64,000 nt of DNA from Cyanophora paradoxa CCMP329 (taxonomy: Eukaryota; Plantae; Glaucophyta). Shown here one piece after another: positions 36,251 to 47,051 of the stretch (position 1 is the stretch's first letter; each line of letters starts with the position of its first letter). Position numbers and translations under genes: made by a program. The notes beneath the pieces are model-generated. The model searched no databases. It was not told the origin of the DNA and saw only the letters and a program-made list of their open reading frames with translations. The stretch covers positions 1 to 64,000 of the forward strand of contig QPMI01000188.1 of the NCBI GenBank assembly GCA_004431415.1. Reading direction: 5' to 3'.

Positions 36251-38600
36251 CTAGAGGAGGGTGCCGGCGATCGAGGCGGCGAGGAGACGGGCGAGGAGGG
36301 CCGAGAGGAGGGCGCGGCGGGCGGCGCGGGCGACGCGGGGCGCTAGGGTCGGGTCCTGGGGCGCAGCGGCGGCCTCGGGGCCGTCCTTGGTCCGAGCCGC
36401 GTCGGCGGCGGCGAGCAGGGCGGCGGGGGCCAGTCCCAGGGCGCCCAGGCTGCAGAAGCCTGCGGGACGGACGCGGTCTCAAGCGGGACAAGGAAGGGAA
36501 GAGGAGGGCAGGGGGCGGCGCACCGCAGAGGACGTGGGTTGCGAGGGCGGCGGAGCGCGGGCCGAGGGTCGTGGGGCCCGCTCCCATCGCGCCGAGGCGC
36601 CCGAACGACACGATCCTGGGGCGGGTACGGGGTTTGGAGGGGAAGGGGGATGCCGGGGGAGAGGTACCGCACTCGTTGAGGACCGTGCGGTAGCCGAGGA
36701 GCTCGGCGACGGTGCGGCAGTCGGGCGGGGGTACGCCGACAGCCCAGGCGAGGGGATACAGGGCGTAGGAGAGGAGTGTGCCGAGGGAAAGGGACGGAAA
36801 GCCGAACCAGCCGCCGACGGAGCCGAGGATCGAATCCACGAGGGAGAGAAGAGCGAGGAGGGCGAGTAAAGGGGCCCCCACCGCCCCGCACAGCTCCAGC
36901 CCTGCCGCCGCCGCCTCCGTCAGACGCCGCTGTTTTTTTTTTGGGGGGGGGGAAGGTGGGGGGGAAGGGGGGAAATGGCGGGGAAAGCGTACCCCGGAGG
37001 GCCCCGTGCGAGGCGGCGTCGATTACGTTCACGCCGGCCGCGAGCGGAGCGGGCGGCTGCCACGGGGCCGCCGCCGCCACCGCCGGCGGGGGCTCTGCGG
37101 GTGGGGGCGTTGGGGGCCGGCGACGGGAGGCCGGCGCGGGCCGCACCGGCGCCAACGCCCGCGCCGCCCGCCGCGAGACCCTCCTTGAGCTCTTCCAGCT
37201 CGGTACCCCCCTCCGTGGCGGGCTGCGGGCGGGGCGTTCAAAGGAAGGCGGGGGGCGGCTGGGCGGGGGGTACCGGGGGAAGAAGTGGGGGATCGGCGAC
37301 GGCGGGGCACACGAGCTGGTGCACGGTGGCAGATGCGGCCGCGGACAGCTGGGAGGGGTACGCGTAAGGGGCGGAGGGGGGAGAAGGGAGGGGTACGCCC
37401 GCACAAGTGTGGCGAGGAGGACGTGTCCCGGGGGAGCCCCCAGGGCGATAAAGACCGCCCAGAGCGCCACGGACGGCGCCGTGTACGCCCCCGCCTGGGG
37501 TACCACGTCAAGAGGGGGGGGGGGAGAAAGAAAGGGGGGCAGACGACGAGGGCGTGGAGGTGGACGGGGGACATGCGGTGAAGAGAGGGGCCGTGCAGCT
37601 CCGCCACGTCGGCCCCGTTCAAGCTGCTCGGGGGAGGCGAGGAGGGGGGAGTGGAGTGAGGAGGGGTACGGCGGTCGGGAGATGAGGGGCAGCGCACAAG
37701 ACGGGGCAGGCGGCGGCGTGGGCGAGCTCGGGGGGTACGCCCATCCAGACGCGGAGGACGAATGCGGAGGCGGAGACGAGGCGGGGTACGAGCTTCACGT
37801 AGCACGCGACGGAGAGGCACGCCTGCGGGCCGGGGCGGTTCGGGGTCGGGGTACGGGGCGCGAGCGGGGCGGCCGCACGGAGATGTAGATGACGACGGGG
37901 AGTACGCGGAAGGCGAAATAGAAGTCGTGGAATGCGGCCCCGAAGACGAACCTGCGGGCTGGGTGAGGCGCGGTCGACGCGGCGGGCGGGCGGGCGGGCG
38001 AACGGGACGCACTGGGCGCCGGCGTCGGCGAAGGAGAGGAAGCCGCGCGCGGCGGCGCCGACGGCGTCGAGGGCGGCCCGCTGGGGCGCGGAGGGGAGCC
38101 AGAGTGCGGCGAGCGAGTACTGGAGGAGGAGGCCCGAAGCGACGGCGCCCCACCGGACCGCGCGCAGGGACGCGGAGAGTGCGCAGGCACATCCAAGTGA
38201 GACCGCCAGGCCCACCAGCGCCGCCGCCCGCGGCTCCTGGGCGGTCGTCTGCGCGACCCGCGCGAGAACCACACCGACGACCGCAGCCTGCCGGGCGCTC
38301 GTCTTAGCGCGAGGACCGCATGCGCGGTTCTGCACGCACCGCGACGGCGCCCTGGACGGCGAGGCGGATGCGCTGGCCGACGGGCCCGTCGAGGGTTGCC
38401 TGGAGCTCTTCGGCTAGGCGTCGCAGCGGGGCCAGCGGTCCCGATGGACTCGGCGGCATGTGCGGCGTGTGCAGCCGCGGGGATTCGACCTCAACTCGGT
38501 CGAAGTGCTCCTCCGAGTGGGCCGGCGGGGCATCCTCTACGCCCCTTCCTGCCCCACCCGGCGGTAGAGTGCTGCTGCGGCTCGCCAGCCTGTCGCGCAT
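36251..38600 (-). CDS. Concentrative nucleoside transporter (SLC28/CNT/NupC family)
   Basis: FLSFADAGAQFVFG..FAFRVLPVVIYISACLSVACY; NVIDAASHGA; LYPLAWAVGVP..VAELLGYRTVLNE; ATHVLCGFCSLG; terminal ASIAGTLL*. Confidence 0.85.
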
Positions 38601-38666
38601 GAGGGGGCGGGACACTGAGACCGCCTGGACGGGTACCGGGACGCTGGTTTCGAGCGTTGGGTGGCC

Positions 38667-40093
38667 ATGACGACGCCGTTGGAGGTGCGAGGACCGCAGA
38701 GCGCATGCTGCGATGAAACTAATATGCGGCGCTCAGGCTGCCGTGGACCTGTTCCGACGGCTCCCGCCCGCGAACACCCGCCGCAACCTCGAGCGCGTTA
38801 TCGAGCTGAGGCCTGATCTCACAGAAGAGGTAGGCAACGTGCACGATCTCCGCGAGGCCCGCATAGCGCTCAGCTTGACCTGACCCGGGCGCTCCGGATG
38901 CCACGCCGTCCCTCGGCGCCCTGGCCCCCTGAACGCGCCGCGCTAAGCCCTCGCCCTCTCCTGCAGCTGTTGGAAAGGATAGACCAGCCGCTCGAGGTGC
39001 GCTTCGACCCGGAGGCCAACCGCGAGTTCGTCCTCTGCGAGTACAACAGGGACGGCGACTCGTACCGGTCCGTCGCGCGCGGCCCCGGCACCGCCGAGCG
39101 CCCGCCGACGCGCGGGAGACGCGCAGGTCGCCCTGGTCGAACAAATACTTCCCGCCGCTGGAGGACGGGGCCGTGCCGTCGGCCCGCCTGCGCGCGGTGG
39201 AGGTGGGCGCCAACGAGCTCTTCGACTCGTACCGCGAGATGTGCGCCCCGGCCTCCCGCCCGCCCCGGCGCCAGCGCCACCGCCCGCCCCGCGCCCCCGC
39301 CGCCCGCCCGCCCGCGCCGCCCCCTCGCCTTCGCCCCCGGCGCCGCTGGCGCTGAGCGAGTGCGGCAGGTACTACGGGAACGCTGCGTCGTCGGTCTATT
39401 TTTGGGACCTAGAAACAGGCTTTGCCGTCGCCGTCCTCTTCCGGAAGGGTGCGTGGGCCCCGCCCCGCCCCGCCCGCCCCGCCCCACGCCCCGCGCCGAG
39501 GCGGGCGGCCGGCAGCGGCGGACAGCCGGGCGGGGCAGCTGAGCGAGGGCGTCTGGGACGCAACCCACGTGGTCGAGGTGCGGCCGGCCCGGGGCCCTGG
39601 GGCGGAGCGGGGCAGCGCGGCGCGGCGCGGGGCGAGCGGGCGGGCCGCAGGTGACGCCGGCGGAGGGCGGGGCCTCCAAGTACCGGCTCAGCAGCAGCCT
39701 GCTTCTGTGGCTGAAGACGCGGCGGGGCGAGGGCGAGGGCGGGGGAGGCGGGGCGCCTGTGGAGCTCTCGGCGCGGCTGGAGCGGCGGGCGGAGCAGGAG
39801 GCGGCGGCGGGGGACAGCGCGGCGCACGTGGCGAACGTGGGGCGGATGGTGGAGGAGATGGAGGGCCGGCTGCGCACCGCCCTCGAGGTCACGCACGCCG
39901 GGAAGGCCCGGGAGGTCTTGTCCCTCCTCCGCCCGGGCGCCGACCTCGAGCCGGCGGCGGCCGCCCGCGCGGCGGCCCCGGGCCCTCGGCGTCGGCGGGG
40001 CGGCCCCACGTGCACCCCCTGCAGGGGTCCCTCGGGTCCCTGGCCGCGCAGATCGCCGCCCGGCGCCGCGCCGCCGCCGGCAGCCCCGAGTAG
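38667..40093 (+). CDS. CAPZB: F-actin capping protein beta subunit
   Basis: [87 protein letters not shown]. The 3' end is uncertain (possible frameshift near 39990). Confidence 0.95.
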
Positions 40094-40609
40094 CCCCGGC
40101 GCCGACGCCGACGCCCTGGCCGCGGCCCTGCCCCCCCTCGTCTGCAGCTGCGCCGCCTTCCCTTCTCGCTCGCTCGTTCCCTGCGAGCTTCGACGCCGCC
40201 CCCCAATTGCAATTTGCAAGCTAGAGAGGGTTCCCTCCGCGAATTTGCCGCGCCCGACTCGAAAATTCGTTCAATTTGAATTTCGTTCTTGTCATCCGGT
40301 ACCAGCTGCAACACAAAAATGAGGGGGGCGCGAAGGGTGGGGTGCAAGGAGCTCCAGCCGAGTACCAGATGCAAGAATTAAGTACCCAGGAAGCGGTGGA
40401 AGCCAGAAAGACTGGAAGCAAAGCGGAAGGGATGATGGCATCGGAGGCTGCTCAGAGCCCTCTAGCTAGGACTCGCCTACTAGCTAGGCTAGGAGGACAG
40501 CACAGCGGCGAGCTACCACTAGGCGAGCTCGAGCGCCCCGCACAGAAAACATTGCAGTTGCAGGCCACTTGCAGCAGCTTCGTCGCGCATCGCCATCTGC
40601 AGATTCGAC

Positions 40610-43600
40610 ATGAAGGTGAAGGTCAAGGTGCGCTCGTCCGCTCCTGCCATGTGCTGCGGGCGCTCGCGCATGTAGCGCAAGTATCTAGATCTGCGATTGG
40701 TCGGTATACGTGGCCTGCGCAGAGTGGATCAGCTATTGCGTCTGCGACTGATCCACTCTGCGCAGGCCTTGGATGGCCGGGAGGTCGAAATTGACGCGGA
40801 ACCGTCCGACCTTGTCGAGCACATCAAGGAGCTCGTGCAACAGCAGTTTGGTGCGTCCTGGGTTATGTATTAGAGATCAGACACCCTGCCGTAGCACCCC
40901 CGCGCCCGCACGCCGCAACATTCGCAGCGCCGGCCGCGGTCCGGCCCACTAAGCTGCTCGTGCCGGCGCAGGCGTTGCGCCGTCAGAGCAGAGTCTCTCC
41001 TTCGGCGGCCGGCCGATGGAGGAGGGGCGCACGCTCTCGGACTACGACATTGGGCGCGGGTCGACGCTGGACTTGGGCGTGAACGAGGACATCGGGGGTG
41101 ATGATCCGTACTTGTCGAGCGGGAACGCCGACGACACGAACCAGCAGAACGAGGACCCGGTGCGCATGCGTCGGTCCCCTAACGATCTATCAGTCGCCCA
41201 CCGCGCCTACGCCCGGCGCCGGGCGCGCCGCGCCGCTCACACTTTTGCAGTTCAAGGGTATGATGCCGCGGGGGGAGAACGAGAGCGATGACGACTTTTT
41301 AGCGCGCCAGAACGAATGGATCGCACGGCATACGGCGGTTCCGGACTACAGCCAGAACAATCAGCACAACCCAGGGCCGTACGGTCTCTCCGCGGAGGAG
41401 CTCTCTGCCGTGCGCTATCGCCCTCGCCCTCGCTGAGCACGCCGCCGCTCATAATCGAAACGTGCAGGCCGGCCTGGACGACTTGCCGCCGGGGCCGCCC
41501 GGGGAAACCCCTTATGAGTACAATGCGCGCGTGCAACAATGGATCAACATGAAAAACCTGAACAACAGCGGTTCTACAAACCCGCCCTCGGACCCGCCCG
41601 TGCCGTCGAACCCGCCATCGGACTCCGTGCGCCGTCCCTCTCGACTTGCACGCCGTCGCTTACGCTCGCACAGGTCACGCCGCCCGTCGTGCCCTCGGAG
41701 CCGCCCGTGGACCCCGTCGTGCCCTCGGAGCCGCCCGTGGACCCCGTCGTGCCCTCGGAGCCGCCCGTGGACCCCGTCGTGCCCTCGGAGCCGCCCGTGG
41801 ACCCCGTCGTGCCCTCGGAGCCGCCCGTGGACCCCGTCGTGCCCTCGGAGCCGCCCGTGGACCCCGTCGTGCCCTCGGAGCCGCCCGTGGACCCCGTCGT
41901 GCCCTCGGAGCCGCCCGTCGTGCCATCTGAGCGTGGGATTACGGTACCGATCAGAGTGAAGGTCCGCTGATCCGCTTCTATCATGATTATTAGCCGCGGC
42001 CGCACGTGCACATGGGCGCAAGTCTCTACGAATGATCGGTCTCTAGATCTGCGCTGTCTGTCGCGGCTGCGGATGATCCACGCTGCGCAGACCATCAATG
42101 GCAATGAGATCAAGATCGAGGTGAATCCGAACGACACTGTCAAGCACATCAAGGAGCTCTTGGCAGAGAAGAGCGGTGCGGCTCGGGTCATTCCTTTGAT
42201 CCATAGCACTCGCACGCCGCGAAGGCCTAGGTTAATGAGCAGCGCCAGCTAAGCTTCTTGTGCTGCGCAGGCGTTCCGGCGTCGCAGCAGAAGCTCGTCT
42301 TCGCCGGCAAGTTGATGGCCGACGACATGATCGCGAGCGAGTACAGGATCGGGGATGGCTCGGAGCTGCATCTTGTGGTGCGGCCCTCCGTCCCCTCGGA
42401 GCCGCCCGTCCCCTCGGAGCCGCCCGTCGTGCCTTCGGAGCCGCCCGTCGTGCCCTCGCCGAACGAGGGCGGCGTCACCGGCCTCGGCTCGGTGAAGAAC
42501 GTCGAGCATCCGTCCTACGGCCGCGGCCCCGTCCTGATCCAGCCGGAGTCGGTCGGAGAGCTCGAGCCGGCCCCGCCCGTCCTGGGCCCGTTCAGGGACC
42601 TGCTGCCGGCCGAGGCGAGCTTCGAGCGGGCGCCGGAGCTCACCGAGGGCCCGGCCTACGCCGACGCCCTCCGCGAGGCTTCCATCCAGGACGACCTCTC
42701 CGTGCGCCGCGTCGACGTCCCAGCGCCCGGCCCGCGTGCTCCGCCCGCCGCTGATCCTGCACGCCGGCGCAGGTCGCGAAAGTCCAGGCGGCCCTCACGC
42801 GCCGTGCGCCGCGCTCACTCCTCCTCGAAGGGAGAGCCCGGCCGCTCCGCCGCCGCGCGCTGAAACGCTTTTCTCAGCGGCGCTCGTGGAGGACCAGTGC
42901 TCGGCGCAGGACGGCTTCCACGTCAAGCAGGTCGACTTCGTGCGGCCTTTCAAGAGTGCGCGGCGCCGCTCGCCTCGCGCCGGGCCCCGGCCGGCGGGGC
43001 GCCTGCGGCTGACACGGATCCGCCCCCCCCGCGCAGTCGTGGGAGAGGTGCTGGGCCCCGCCAAGGTCCACATCCACGGTGACGCCGAGTACACCGCCGA
43101 CGCCAAGCGCGCCGGTGCGCGCTGCTGCTGCTGCCGCCGCCGCCGCTCGCCTCGGCTCGAACCCGCGCGCGCTGACGGCGCGCCGCAGGCACCTGGAAGT
43201 GCGCGGCAGTCCCGCCCTCCGCCGGGTTCTCGCTGCGGGGCCGCGTGCTGAGGCGCCGCGCAGGATCACGCAGCCGTACGAGCGCCGCGGCCACGACGAG
43301 AAGACCGTCCCGGTCAAGGAGAAGGGTCGGCTCATGCGATGCCAACGCGGCGTTGCGTGCCGAGCCGCGCTGATCGCTTTGACCGCAGGCTTCCTCGAGA
43401 CGAAGCAGCAGGTCAAGGTCGACAAGGTCGTCTATGGCGAGAAGCAGATCATCGAGGGCGAGGTCATCAAGGGGCAGCCCGGCGCCACCACCTGGGACGT
43501 GCGTGGTCGTGTCCCCCCGAGGGCCGCGGGCGTCGCCGACGGGGCGGGGGGCGGCGGGGCGCAGTGGGACACCCAGGACTTCAAGCCGACGGGCCCCATG

Positions 43601-46600
43601 GTCGGCAAGTGCGGCACCGCGACCTGCGGGATGAAGGGTGCGGCTGCGCACTGTTTCACCGAAGCTTGCGACCCCTTGCTGAGCGCGTTACATGCGCAGA
43701 CAAGGGGCCGAAGCAGTACACTGAGCAGAAGACCTGCGACAAACTCGTGATCGAGAACGTCGAGCTGAAGGTCAGCCCGCTGCAGGAGGTCGAATACAAG
43801 GACTTCAACCAGTACAAGCTCCACGTCGACGACAGCATCCCGCGCCTGGTGCGGGCGACGGCGACTCGAATTCGACCCCCCGCGGCAATTCCTGACGCGG
43901 ATCCGATGCGCAGTGCCAGAACACGCTCCCGAAGGGCCTCCTGAAGGCGATGGCGGCGAAGAACATCGGCATCGAGTCGCTGTTCAAGGCAGACGTGAAC
44001 TTCAACGTCGTCAAGACCGAGGACGTCACGGCCTGCGAGGTCCAGACAATCGCCAAGCAGGTCCGATTCGTTTGCGCTGCCTGCTTCGCCTCGTTACCCC
44101 CCTCATGACGTTGCCCTGCCACAGGCATTCGAGCTGAAGTACGACGAGAAGCACACGCTCAAGTGGAAGCAGCCGATCTCCAAGGAGTGCACCAAGGAGT
44201 GGACGCAGGACGGCATCGAGTACGGCAAGGGCACGTACGAGCAGACCGATCAGGCGGACATCACCGGCTACTAGTGCGTCGCCCCCCGCGCGCGGCGCCG
44301 CCGTCGAGCGCCCGCTGAGACGCGGGCCGCGCAGCATCCAGCCCGGTGCCGAGCTCGGCCAGATCAACAGTGAGTGATGCCACCCCGCCCGTGGGACCGC
44401 AGCCTGTTCCAACGCTGCGCGCAGCGTACATCCGGCAGAAGGACGTGTCGCGGACGAAGTGCGACGAGAAGACCATCGAGCACCGCGACGAGGAGGTCCC
44501 GACGGGCCCGGCGAAGTACGACGTGGAGAAGATCCGCCCGTGGTACCGCGACGGCAAGATCGTCGAGAAGAAGCTCTCGTTCATCGAGGAGGTCGAGAAG
44601 AGCGACAAGATCACCTTCAAGCCGTCGGGCGTCGTCGAGCAGGACGCCAAGTACTTCACCCAGTTCCAGAAGTGCCCCCTGCTCAAGGTCGCCCCGAACA
44701 ACAAGTGCGACCTCACGCCGGGCCAGAAGGCCGCCTTCAAGGGCCACCTCTCGAGCGACGAGATCAAGTGCGTCGACAAGGCCGCCGAGGCCCTCGTCAT
44801 CGGCAAGTGCGCCATCGTCAACGGCAAGTGGGCCCCCGCGCCGACCGGTGCGCCCGCCGCCCCGCCCCGCAGCGCTCTGCCTCGCGCGCCACGCCCGGCG
44901 CCGACACGGGGGGCGCAGACGGGCGGGGCAACGAGCAGATCCACGAGTCGGCGCGGCCGGCGTACAAGGAGGGGGAGGAGGCGGACCCGACGGACACGAG
45001 CCCGGAGGGGATCCTTGCGACCCTCAAGGCGGCCTATGCCAAGGAGCTCGAGGAGCAGCTGGAGCGCCAGGACCGCGTGCTGGACATCCAGATGCGGCAG
45101 GAGCGGATCCAGATGGAGATGAGCAAGGTGCAGCAGCAGCTCTCGGAGGAGCAGCTGAAGGCGCCCAAGGACTTCAACCAGGGCCGCGCCACCCTCCTCC
45201 AGCGCCGCCTGGACGACCTGAACGACAACTACGACGACACGTTCAAGGACATGGGGGAGCTCCACCAGAGCGTGCGCCCTAGACCCAGCGCTCCCGTCGC
45301 CGCCCGCCCGTCCGTCCGTACGCGTCCGCCCGCTGACGCGCCCCGCGCCGCGCGCGCAGCTGGCGAAGCACACGCAGGACGTGAACGAGCTGGTCGCGAA
45401 GGTGCACGAGCGCGCGGCGGGCCTCGGCCTCGACGCGGTGGCGGTGGAGGCGGAGCTCGAGGGGCTGCGGCGCGGTATGGAGGAGCAGCACAACCTCCAG
45501 AACCAGGAGGCGATGATGCGCATGGAGATGCTCCGCAACCACCCCCAGATGGAGCCGTTCGACGTGCAGGCCAAGGCGCCGGCGCCGCTCCACGCTGTAA
45601 CGGACGAGGACGGCTACACGCTGCAGGAGCCGCGCATCTACAGCGAGTTCGACGCGGACGCCAAGGCCGACATCTCGCCCCCGCCGTCGGGCGCCTGCGT
45701 GGCGACCAAGATGCAGCGCGAGGCGGTCCTGCCCGAGGGCGGCGCCGACTTCGAGGGCGAGGGCGAGGGCCTCGAGCGGGCCGTTCCCCAGGTGCCCGTC
45801 CCCTACGGCGAGGACTACGTCCTGGTGGACGGCGAGGTCTACGGCCAGCTCGCCGACGGCGCGACCTTCCCGCTCGGCGCCAAGCTCCTCGTCTTCCAGG
45901 GCGGCGCCTTCGCCGACGCCCCGGTCGACGGCCCGGCGCCCGCCTTCGTCAGCGTGCCGTTCCCCGACGGCCACGCGGTGGTCCAGGTGCCCAAGGCCGA
46001 GTTCGACAACCTGGTGGGCGGCGACAAGATCTACACGCACGACGGGCTGCCGCTCGCGCTCAACACGGCCGGCCAGTTCTTCGTGGCGAACCGCGGCAAC
46101 ATCTTCGAGTCGGTCGACGTGCCCCTCGAGGACGGCACCTCCCTCACCGTCGACCGCGACTACTTCGACACCTTCGTCGCCAACTCCTACGGCCAGGTGG
46201 GCGCCCCCGCGCCGCCCGTCCCGCCCGCACGCCCACGCAGCCCAGCTGACCCCTCGCCCGCCCGCCCCGCAGCCCTTCGCGTTCGAGAACGGGACATACA
46301 CGTTCGACGCGCAGACGGGCCTGGCGAAGCGCTTCGACGACGGCCAGACCGACTCGTTCGGCGACTTTCCGCGGCTCCAGGACACGTACAACACGACGGA
46401 CCTGTCGTACACGCACAACACGACGAGCCTGCCGTACACGCACAACACGACGAACCCCCTGCCGTACACGCTCAACACGACGAGCCTGCCGAACGTCCCG
46501 AACTACCTGCCCAACACGCACCTGCCGCCGAACCCGTACATGAACAACAGCATCGGGCCCCTCTTCCGCCTGGACGAGGCCTCGCAGCAGGCGGGCGAGG

Positions 46601-46758
46601 ATGAGGGCGAGGGGGAGGGCGAGGGCGGCTACGTGGACGCCCTCGAGGGCGAGTCCTTCGCGGACGACCTCCTCGCCGCCGCCTCCGCCACTGACGCCGG
46701 CGCCGACGAGGCCGGCTCCTGCCCCGTCGGCGGGGCCGACGCCGGCGGCGCCTGCTAG
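40610..46758 (+). CDS. Large protein with two ubiquitin-like domains, Pro/Val repeats, a K/E/V/C-rich region and a coiled coil; function unknown
   Basis: UBL1: [61 protein letters not shown]2: [59 protein letters not shown]. Strong codon bias continues to the TAG at 46758. A single-gene model is inferred. Confidence 0.75.
41680..41932 (+). repeat. Coding 30-bp tandem repeat ([10 protein letters not shown]) x7 plus partial units
   Basis: CCGCCCGTGGACCCCGTCGTGCCCTCGGAG is perfectly repeated from 41701 to 41910. Shorter PVVPSEP units recur at ~42385-42455. Confidence 0.95.
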
Positions 46759-47051
46759 GCGCGCGCGCGCCTCTGGCGATAACTAAATAGATATAGAAAA
46801 TTCTAGCAGAGTGGTATCTCGTTAGGCGCCTCTGGTCTGGTCGCCCGGGGCGGCGCAACGGCCCCGTCGCGATCGTTCATGCCCGTCCTATTCCCATCGA
46901 CGTATTATGAAAGCCTTGGAGCTTGTATTCGCAAAGCGCAGCGTTATTTCTGAATTGTAAGCAAAAGTAAAGACGATATCTGTCATTGATGAGAGGGGGC
47001 GGGCGGGGGGCCGGGTCCGGGGCCCTGCCGGGGCCGGGGCCTAGGCTCGGC

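Noticed and set aside
41680-41932. 30-bp repeat array, superficially CRISPR-like
   Set aside because: No spacers. It is an in-frame coding tandem repeat in a eukaryotic gene.
40610-42400. Polyubiquitin or NEDD8 gene
   Set aside because: The domains are divergent from ubiquitin and lack LRGG ends, so they are integral UBL domains.
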